Part shown: positions 11,325 to 20,000 of the stretch, one piece after another
How positions within the stretch are numbered: position 1 is the stretch's first letter
Layout: each line of letters starts with the position of its first letter
NCBI GenBank assembly: GCA_049724395.1
Contig: JAUGWO010000069.1
Coordinates: 419,633-439,632, forward strand
Reading direction: 5' to 3'
From: Spongospora subterranea f. sp. subterranea
Lineage: Eukaryota
DNA length: 20,000 nucleotides
Position numbers and translations under genes: made by a program
Notes under the pieces: model-generated
Databases searched by the model: none
Told to the model about the DNA's origin: nothing
What the model saw: the letters and a program-made list of their open reading frames with translations, nothing else

Positions 11325-12339
11325 ATGAAGTTTGTCGGGTTCCTGGTTTTGGGTACGTTCACCTCAATCTGGTTGTTCTCTTGTGCGTTCGTGATCACAT
11401 CCATTCCCTTGTACGTCTTATTCAATATTTCACTGCCGCTTAAGACTCTAGCATTATATGGGCTACTCCGACTTGTTTGGACCCCCAAGGCTTGGCCTGC
11501 TTTTCGCGACTATTTTGCGGTTCAACTCGAGGCGAACCCCTACTTCAACACTCAACGTGTCGTTTTTCAATCGGATCTCGCTGTTCCCAAACTCGATGGG
11601 TCAACCCTAATGACCATATTCCCACACGGGGCTATGACAACAGGATGGACTGTAATTTCCCATTGAATTCTGATTGCTTTGGTCTTGATTAAGTTCAGGT
11701 CAATTTGAATGTATCCAGGATAATTCGAGGTGCCGAATTCGAATTGCTTGTCGCTCCGATTTTACTACGAACCCCATTTATTTCAGAAGTTCTTGTTTGG
11801 TAGATCGACTCTCTTTGGATCTTGCGATTATTGAACTCGTGAAAAGGTGCTCTACTGGAGCTGCATCGAAAAGGAATATGAGGGAGTTAATGTCGAAGGG
11901 CAAGAACCTAGCTCTTGTCCCGGGAGGATTTGAAGAGGCGGCGATCTACCGTCAACATGAGTACGGCGTCTTCATTGATAAGAGGAAAGGCTTCGTCAAA
12001 TATGCTCTGCAATACGGGTATAAGATATCTCCTGCTTTCACATTCGGCGAAGAGAGCATCTATTCGGCCGTCACATCTGCGCAACGACTGCGGCTGGCTC
12101 TGGCGAAGAAACAGGCGCCAGGGATCCTATTCTGGTCAAGTTTTGGGTGGCTCCCTGACCCTGATAACGATCTGGTCACGGTCGTCGGGAATCCAGTTCA
12201 ACTTCCAACAATTCATCATCCGACACGGGAACAGGTTGATAAATACCATAACGAAGTCGTCGTTGCATTGCATACGCTTTTCGAAACCTATAAAGGCGAA
12301 TATGCCCGAAACCCTAAAGCAGTTTTAAAAATTTATTAA
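11325..12339 (+). CDS. DGAT2: DGAT2/MOGAT (DAGAT) family acyltransferase; 3 exons (11325-11651, 11699-11799, 11847-12339), ~306 aa
   Basis: N-terminal hydrophobic segments, FPHG (HPHG-equivalent), VAPILLRTPFISEVLVW, LALVPGGFEEA, RKGFVKYALQYG..PAFTFGE, VVGNP, YH. Two 47-nt GT-AG introns restore the frame. AATAAA at 12351. Confidence 0.92.
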
Positions 12340-12571
12340 CATTCATGGGCAATAAAGTGTTAATTGAAGATTATGGTACGAACTAGGAAGGGCCTGGGAC
12401 GGCTGTTGTATACGTGCAGGCTTCCGTAATTTTGACTTTGATGACGCAGTATTCTGTGCAATACGGTAATGCAATACGTGACTCAATAGAGTGAATCACG
12501 ATCAGGAAATTGATCGGATCATGGAAGGGTTATGAACCCGAATCATTTGAAAATCGTTAAGAATATCCACA

Positions 12572-12961
12572 ATGGCTCGTCAGTTAATGAGTCCGCGCCT
12601 AATGCGCCATTTGTCTCCAATCACGATGATGTTGGATGGACGTTCAATGATGTTCGACATGGACGACTTCCAGCTCTCAGAACAAAGCGAAAGATTGCGA
12701 GATTGTAATGAGCAGGGAAAGTTCACCATACTTAATAACAACATGGCGCAACGGACACGCTTCGAGCGGATGGATATGATTGAACAAAGCTTCGAGTGGC
12801 AAGTAATCTCTGATGACTCGACAATTTCATCGACAGAGAAAGTGCCCGCCTCTAGCGAGATAAAAGCAACATGGACCAAGTCTAGAGCAAACCCTATACC
12901 AACCATCTCCGGGGTCGACAGCTATGGGTGCTTGGACGACGAGTTAGATCGGTTGATGTAA
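12572..12961 (+). CDS. Hypothetical 129-aa protein
   Basis: ATG in ACAATGG context, hydrophilic ORF with acidic end, AATAAA ~18 nt after the stop. No domain recognised. Confidence 0.5.
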   Translation: MARQLMSPRLMRHLSPITMMLDGRSMMFDMDDFQLSEQSERLRDCNEQGKFTILNNNMAQRTRFERMDMIEQSFEWQVISDDSTISSTEKVPASSEIKATWTKSRANPIPTISGVDSYGCLDDELDRLM

Positions 12962-13181
12962 GACGAACATATTTTTGCAAATAAAATTTACAGAATTAAA
13001 TGAACTCGAGGGAATTCACGGCCCCATTTTCCAGTTATAAATAAGAAGTCAAAAAATATGGAGCAGAGCAGTTCAAGCAAGAAATAAAAGACTAAAATTA
13101 AGTCTTGAGGAAGACAATGGGTGATTTCGTGACCTTGTAAACAAATAAATAGTGGACTATATTGACGGCATCTAGTAGGAA

Positions 13182-15837
13182 CTACGATTTTCGTAATGGC
13201 TGCGCTTCCGCCAACGGAATTGTAGCTGCAGTGAACGTTAACATCCAAATGAACACTGAAATCAATATCTTACTAATAAACCGGTCGACGACGCCTGAAT
13301 CACTACGAAAATGTCCAGTAAAATGAAATATGACTAAAGGCAACTGAATCAGTGTTGAGAAACGCAAAAACAGAAAAAGCGAACCGAATGCGGAGAACAA
13401 GAGGCGGAACGGCATCAACAGTAAAAGGGCAAACATAACAGCGTTGACTAGCATGAATTGCTTGGTCCTTAATGGCGAGACCCATGTATAGAGCCCCTTA
13501 AGTTTTAGAAGGTAATGATTCGCAGACTGTAACCGGTTCTGGACGGTTTCCAGGGCCGATTTCGCACTGGAGAATGATTGCTGATACGTATCGACCGTAT
13601 TCTTTATACGACCTAACACGGTCCCTTGAAAAATCTAGGAATAAACATTAGGGTAAAATTTTGAAAGCAATACAAAGATATGACATTGTCCGATTGTTTG
13701 ACGTCAGACTGAAGCGAAGGAGGAATGAAGGTGATGAGCTGTTGATTGTACCAATCATAAAATACAGATGGACGATCCGACATGACCCATATTAAGATAT
13801 GGTTTAAGAGTATTAGAGCAGCCTAATGAAATACCGGCGTTAGTCATGACAACGAAAGCAAAAAAACTGAACCATTCAGAATATCCGAAAATGCCATAAT
13901 GTAGACTTACGGGAACGTAGGCGAGCCAATCCATGTAGCAAAAAACGAGCAAGGTGAATGCAACACTGAGAGTGACAGCGGGATTTTTCCAACCAATAAT
14001 GTAAGCATGAACCTGAACCAGGGCATCTAGAGGAACGATTTGAGCTGAAAATAACTTGGCCGTGTCTGAGAGGCGACCGAGATCAATGCGATCCACGGGC
14101 GGTTGATTTGGATATGGATTGTCTACTAATTGCAACATTCGAGGATCCCATCTGATGAACAAGCAAATAAAAAACAATGAGAACTGGGAATGTATAATGA
14201 AATCCTGTGGAGGAATACTGACGAGGGATCATCAAGAATTCTTGACGGAGCTGGGCCGAGTAATGATGTAAACACACTAGACGACAGCGTCATGTCATGG
14301 AACTGCATTGTTAACATGTTCAGATACGCAGAGGTATCCTCAGCAGAAGAAGTCGATAAAAATGTAATTTTCTGAAGTGGATTGTCAGACAAAAGCACGT
14401 TGCAAAGCAAAACATAAACGAACCCGAGGTTGAGAGGGAAATCGGGTTCTGCGGAGAGCTTGAACCCTCAATATATCATCAATGGCGTCGAGAAGGACGC
14501 ACTGACGAATCTAATATCAATTTCGAATTTGTGATATTAGATATGACAAAATATTTGAAAAAAAACTTGGGTCCTTACGATAGGAGTACAGCCTTGATTA
14601 GCTAATGAAAACGCACTAATCATATTCTCGAGATAGTCCAGAATAAAATCGCGATCGGATTCGTTCGAAAACGAGATTTCCAGGGATGATTTCGACGGTC
14701 CAGACGGAATACTGTTAACGCCGTCCGATGACGCTGGACGTGCGTTATCGCCGGGTGCCGATGCGTCGCTGACATCTGCCTCGGGAGTGGATGGAATATT
14801 GTCATCGTTCGACCCAATTTGAACTGCGTCTGCGTCGAACTCCATGGTCAAATAATATTCGGTTTTGAACACGCCACCTTGTCGTCCCGAGACGCGAACC
14901 AGTTCACAAAGTGAATATCTGAGATATCAGCGTTGGAAGCCGATGACATCACGAGTAGTATAAAATCTACTGAATAGTTCTTCTTAGGAGTTGTATAGCC
15001 AGTCCGGTTTGAAAGGAAATCATCGTGTCTGTAAGGATCAATGTCCCGGATGCGTTCGCTAGTTTTTGCTTTAGAGCACAACCGGTAAAAATCAGCACAA
15101 TTCGCTGTCGAAGCGGAAACGAGCTGCATTTCATGTGAAAAACTGATTATAACTAATAAGCGACATACCTATCATCATCGTTGGAATTAGGTGCGGACAT
15201 TGGAGGAGCATTTGTTGTCATGTTCACAGACTCCAACAACGCCTGGTGCATTTGAAGTTTAGCGCCTTCATCGAACTCAACTTGTAGCGCCTCGACATAC
15301 GTATTGAATGAAGAAATCTGAGATTATATTGAGCATGACTGGGATTTATCAACGACGATTCTCACCGTAATATATTTTTCAAGAAACATATCGGACGGCG
15401 TCGGGGTCGAGCACAGTATTTCAAATATTCTGACATGGATTTCGACAATTAGGAATACGATTACATAGATTACGTTAGAAATACATTTCAGGGGATTGTT
15501 TTGCGGTCAGTGGAAAAATGAACGGTGAAAACTGACAAAACCTATTCAACATTACAACGGGCACGTTCGGCTCTCGTAATATATCGAACGCTAGTCGTGT
15601 GTGATCAAATAGAAAACATCTATGCGACCTAGCAGCGGCCACCATACAGAAATCGGTGAACTGCATCTGAGATCTGCAAGAAAAAAACAGCAGTTCTTCA
15701 ACTGGGTTTCTTGACGCACGCTTGGGAATTTGGCCGACGTACCCGGTCCGATCAAGATAGCCTTGATAGTATGGGCGCATCTGCGACAGTTCCATGCCCG
15801 TTATCAGGCCGCATCGCCTCCAGGAGATCCGGCTCAT
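13182..15837 (-). CDS. Multi-exon membrane protein: PH/GRAM-like domains plus MCTP(PRT_C)/DUF639-type C-terminal membrane region; start uncertain (15837, 15795 or 15780)
   Basis: Short GT-AG introns join YQGYLDRTG.., GCALKQKLANASGTLILTDTMISFQ (GRAM-like), LLDAIDDILRVQAL, IIGWKNPAVTLSVAFTLLVFCYMDWLAYVP, VQNRLQSANHYLLKLKGLYTWVSPLRTKQF..LLLMPFRLL and DRFITTIP (MCTP-like). Not every junction was resolved. Confidence 0.7.
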
Positions 15838-16376
15838 TGGTGACGACGTTCATGAACAATGATGCAGTAACGATTAGCACCTGGCTCACAACAGGTACTG
15901 TAACACCGACTTTGAACAAAGAGAATACAGTATTGTGGATTTCACTAAAAATGGACAGTCTGAGGAGTATATAAAACCCGGTCCGCAGTTTCCTTAAACA
16001 TGGCTCACCACGGATTTTTTAATCAAGAACTACCATTAGAGCTGGTGGTTGGCCCGTTCCAGAATCGAGACGTCTTTGGAGACGAATTTTAATCTTGTTT
16101 CATTAAAACACTCGTGGGAAATGTGTTATTTATTACATCACGAATGATAATAGCGCACAACACGTCATAATCAAGTCATAACATGCATTGAATACTATTC
16201 AATATCTGCAGCAGCAATGTTGTCGTCTAAATCTCCTTTGAAAACGGTATCTTTGCGGTTGTAGTTTTGGGATGGCCTCGGTCATTTGACAATGAATGAC
16301 GTGGGAAGCATGAGTCAATCACAGTTGACGTTATCTGTTTATTCTACTCTGCATGTCATAAGTCATTCATCGCCAA

Positions 16377-17237
16377 ATGGACGAGACCGTCCCCGACAAT
16401 TTGACCGCATCCTTGACCGTTTTCAAGGGAGATGATACTATCAGCAGACGGCACCATCATGCTGCTGCAGAAACTGATAGTATTCAATGGACTCTGTCAC
16501 TAGGATTTTGCGTTCTGCACGCCATCATTGTTCGCCACTTACGAATACATCTTCCCAGGTCGAGTGTTCCTGATGAAATCAAACTGAAAATCAAACCTGC
16601 TGTCCAAGCACCCCAAAGCAGGTTCATCGACCTTTCTGAAGACAATTTCGACGTGACTGTTCGACGCGTATATGCACAATCAGTGATTCGTCAGCGATTG
16701 TCGCCCGAAAACGTCCTCATTCCACTGGTCGTTTTTATTTCCGAACAGGCGTCTGTAAGAAATTCGGGATCAACAAACCCTTCTGGTTTGCGAAGGGCGA
16801 CCATAGGCAGGGTCCGTCTGGCAACAGAAGAAATCGTTGCTGCCATCCAGGCAAACCCTCCCAGTCTTCCTGATCGAGCCGTAATTGGCGAGATAGCGAC
16901 GAATATTTGGTCGAGGACCAGGGCGCGAGCTGTCAATCCTGAACCAGTCGAGCAATTGCCGGCCAGCAACACATTCCGGCAGGCGATGCGATTGGACTAC
17001 CTCAGAAGTTCACTTGAAAATCAGGATGCGGACGAATTCGCCCAAATCGTGTTGCGGGTCAATAGGACTGAACTTGTCACTGTGGAGGTGAATATCGCAA
17101 GCCTTCGATCCGCCCTGGGTTTGCCACCATATCCGTTGTTCGGAAACGATATATTTCATTCCGACGAACCCGTTCCGGCAGTTGTCGGACAAGACCTTAA
17201 CGACGTCGATCATGTCCTATCGGACGACGAAAATTAA
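16377..17237 (+). CDS. Intronless 286-aa protein of unknown function, probable transposon accessory ORF
   Basis: Clean ATG..TAA ORF with globular composition. Its stop overlaps the transposase stop in TTAA (17234-17237). Confidence 0.75.
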   Translation: MDETVPDNLTASLTVFKGDDTISRRHHHAAAETDSIQWTLSLGFCVLHAIIVRHLRIHLPRSSVPDEIKLKIKPAVQAPQSRFIDLSEDNFDVTVRRVYAQSVIRQRLSPENVLIPLVVFISEQASVRNSGSTNPSGLRRATIGRVRLATEEIVAAIQANPPSLPDRAVIGEIATNIWSRTRARAVNPEPVEQLPASNTFRQAMRLDYLRSSLENQDADEFAQIVLRVNRTELVTVEVNIASLRSALGLPPYPLFGNDIFHSDEPVPAVVGQDLNDVDHVLSDDEN

Positions 17238-18240
17238 AGATAGACCCCAAACATTTCTTTATTTAGCTCAGTGTGACCGTACCCACAGGAATTGTAAAAA
17301 TTATGACCAATATGTCTTAGATTCTTCATACACATTGGCATAGCCACTTTTAGAACAGCCTCAGGGCAAACCCTGAACGTCAGATCAGCATGTTTCTTGA
17401 GCCACTGCTTTAAAAGTGCAAAACCTTGCTCGATAGGGTTCAACTGTGGCGAATAAGGAGGCAGGAAAACATGAGTTTCGCGCCTGATCTGTGTATGACC
17501 TGTTCCAATTCCCGATACATATGGATCTGTGCATTATCTAAGATAACAATGCTCCTTGGAAGTGGCCACGGATTCAACTTCGGAGCGACGATTTCCAGGA
17601 AAGCATCATGGAACTTCTGGCGATTGAACGTCCCTTCGGTGCATTTCCAAGAGAAAAATCCCTTTGCATCAAACGCGGCGAAAACAGAGACTCTGTTCCC
17701 TCGTTGAAACGGTTGGCGTACTAGAGCTGGCGTATTGATCCTAGACCATCCATGACGACGCAAACAGTCGCGACCGTCTTTGCTCGTTTCGTCCAGGAAA
17801 ACTAGTTGCTCAGGATATGAATAGATTCGCGAAAGCTTCTGATAAAATTCTCTGAGCTGTTCAGGAACGCTCTCGCGAGCGCGCTTTTCCAGGACTTTTC
17901 TGGACACTTTAAGATCATGACGAAGGGCCCGGCAAATTGTCGCAGACGATATATTCGTCAGTTCGGGAAATCTGAGAGCCAGCTCCTCTTGGAGTTCTTC
18001 AATATAGAAACAGGGACTGTTTACGATGAAGGTGTGCACATAGTCGTAAACCTCGGTGGGCCATCTGGCAGACCTTTGTCGAACAGCGTCATTAACGACA
18101 TTACCAGTCCTTTCAAACAGGGCAATCCAACGTTTGATGCTAGTTTTCCCAACACCAAGAAGAACGGAGACGTTCTCTATTGATGTAGAATAAACGTAAT
18201 GCAGAACAATGCATCGCCAACGTAGATCTCGACTCCACAT
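17234..18240 (-). mobile_element. Tc1/IS630-family DDE transposase (~335 aa) with one frameshift near 17465
   Basis: N-terminal HTH (VSVLLGVGKTSIKRWI; ISSATICRAL), VFLDETSKD, IVILDNAQIH and, after the shift, FLPPYSPQLNPIEQGFALLKQWLK. ATG at 18240. TIRs not identified. Confidence 0.92.
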
Positions 18241-18419
18241 CCGTAATACCAATCTGATCAACCGCCCCGCAGTATTTCTACCGGGTAGGACCAAAGGATT
18301 AGTGCAGGTTTTGGGCTAGTTGAACTAGTCCAATCAGAGGGGAAATAGTAAAACATTGCAGGCCTGCACGTAATAGGCCGCTCTTTATTCAGAGAAGCAA
18401 TGTTTTAACCAATTTTGGC

Positions 18420-18465
18420 AGTCAAACTGTCAAACTAAAAACCACCTGGGGTCAAACTAAAACCT
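18420..18465 (+). repeat. Three GTCAAACT direct repeats upstream of the transposase
   Basis: GTCAAACT at 18421, 18429 and 18451; the last two extend as GTCAAACTAAAA(A)CC. Confidence 0.75.
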
Positions 18466-18742
18466 TGCTCGGAGTTTGGTGACCCCCTTCGGACTTTTTT
18501 AAAACCACGCTCATTTAGCACTGGGAGCCCAAAATATATGAAACCCACAATAACGCAACTGAACGACACAACACGGCGCAGTTTTATCTGAAAAACGGAA
18601 CAACAAACCCGAAACCGTAGCCGGATTGTGATTCGTTGACTCGTCAGCCTTCGAGTTTTCGCCTTGCGAGAGTTCAAACGTCGTTACAGCGCTTTGCGCC
18701 CGAAACGCGCATGGATCAGATACAAATGTCATCTGTCAGCAC

Positions 18743-18860
18743 TGTTAAGTCGACCTGATCACCGTCCCTTCACGTCCCACCAGATATTTTTCTACTGTTC
18801 TCACGCTTCACCTACACTTATAAATCACTTCCTTCTCTCTTCATCTTTTACGGATTAACA
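18743..18860 (+). mobile_element. Candidate 118-bp 5' LTR of a Copia element
   Basis: Bounded by TGTTAA...TTAACA, contains TATAAA at 18819 and a pyrimidine tract, and ends 15 nt before the gag ATG. No second copy in the window. Confidence 0.55.
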
Positions 18861-18875
18861 GTCGAATCTGCTGCT

Positions 18876-19322
18876 ATGGGAACCAAAGATGTAGGGTTAG
18901 GGAAGCTACAGGACATTGTTCCGACGCTAACCAATGACAACTACGCAATATGGTCCCGAAAGTTTCGTCTAGGATTGAAGGCCATCGGCGTTAGTCACGT
19001 CATTGAATGTGGTGCTTGTGTAGCCGCCGATCTAGATGAGAAAATCCACGCCATTCTGCTTTTAAGTATGGGTGAAAACATTTTCCTTGTACTCGAGGAA
19101 AATATTTCGGAGGAAAGGTTTGGCGACAACTCCACAATTGGGGCGTTGACCGCCATACAAGAAATTTTTGCTATCAAGCAGGGTTCCTTAACCGTGTCGG
19201 AGTACATCGCTAAGATTCAAAACGCAGCTAATAAAGTTTCGAGAGTTGCATCGGATTTTATCACCATCAACGACAATCTGCTTGGTCTGATCATGTTGAT
19301 GGTGATATCGAAACATTATTAG
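18876..19322 (+). pseudogene. Truncated Ty1/Copia gag (DUF4219/UBN2-type)
   Basis: VPTLTNDNYAIWSRKFRLGLKAIGV and IKQGSLTVSEYIAKI match Copia gag patterns. The ORF ends inside an inverted duplication and no pol follows. Confidence 0.8.
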
Positions 19323-19377
19323 CTGTGTTTTGGATCTTAGCGATGTACTCCGACACGGTTAAGGAACCCTGCTTGAT
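19173..19377. repeat. Fold-back inverted duplication of gag sequence
   Basis: 19173-19242 pairs with 19308-19377 (67/70). Inner stem 19259-19271 pairs with 19295-19307 (13/13). 16-nt bulge and 23-nt loop. Confidence 0.95.
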
Positions 19378-19689
19378 TTCATCCACGACGTTTTAACACT
19401 GGTGTTGATGAATACAACTGTTTCGAGATGTTATCCCAATCTGGCGGAATTTCGTTTTACATTGAAATGTTTCTGATCCAAGAAGTAGTAAAAAACATTG
19501 ACATTGAGCGGTAGGCTAATCAATTATTCTCAACGGTCTCAGCCGACTTGAGTAACACGCGCCTTGCCTTTTCTGTCGGTACTTTCCAGTTAAGAATGAA
19601 ATGGAAATTCGCCTCACATTATGAACGAATAGAGCGATGGCGCAAACGGAACAGCATTCAAAGGTTTGGTGAAAAGTTTAGATCCTGGT

Positions 19690-20000
19690 TCACACTAATG
19701 TCGACAATGTACATGTATACCAGTTTATTTAGTGCTGGGGGATATTTTCTGTCGTGTCCAAGTCGGATTCCGTTGACGGCCTCTGTGGGTTGGACGTCGA
19801 CGGTATCCTCTGCGGCTACAAGTAAATCAACTCACTGAGATGAGAATTTTTCCTACTAGCTCACCATTACAAGCGAAGTTGTTTCCACAGATGCATCCAG
19901 CTGGCTGGAAGTTTCCGCATTTTGCCTATCGAGCATGGCGATTTCGTCGATGGGTTTGTTAGGCCATTTGACGAAAGAGAGCTCCCCATGATCATTACCT
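19690..20000 (-). other. Possible exons of a gene entering from beyond the right edge
   Basis: Open hydrophilic frames separated by an intron-like GTGAGC...TTGTAG segment (~19865-19818). Frame and product unresolved. Confidence 0.3.

Noticed and set aside
5900..15800. Systematic +1 frameshifting or editing in host genes (apparent shifts near 5925, 8040 and 15770)
   Set aside because: The first two are resolved by 49-nt and 61-nt GT-AG introns with branch-like motifs. The third disappears with a different start codon or acceptor.
16377..17237. Fanzor/TnpB nuclease carried by the IS630-like element
   Set aside because: No RuvC D-E-D motifs and no CxxC zinc finger (only one Cys); also shorter than expected.
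16000..18560. Terminal inverted repeats and TA duplication for the Tc1/IS630 element
   Set aside because: No convincing inverted match between the two flanks could be found by eye.

Overview
Eukaryotic, gene-dense DNA with very short GT-AG introns (mostly 47-61 nt). The compact architecture would fit a protist such as a plasmodiophorid, but that is inference only. Host genes: a ZCCHC8-like zinc-knuckle gene, a ~1,700-aa disordered protein built on a ~2.6-kb 33-bp minisatellite, an STI1/DP-type gene, a DGAT2-family acyltransferase, a 129-aa orphan, and a multi-exon GRAM/PH-like plus MCTP/DUF639-type membrane protein. Four transposable-element classes are interleaved: a PIF/Harbinger remnant, a Ty3/Gypsy remnant, a Tc1/IS630-type transposase, and a Copia 5' fragment with a 118-bp LTR candidate. 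The best candidate for an undescribed system is the Tc1/IS630 transposase lying tail-to-tail (stop codons interlocked in TTAA) with an intact, intronless 286-aa ORF that has no domain I recognise, suggesting a two-gene DNA transposon. Three fold-back hairpins occur (1-170, 8609-8707, 19173-19377), two of them at TE truncation points.
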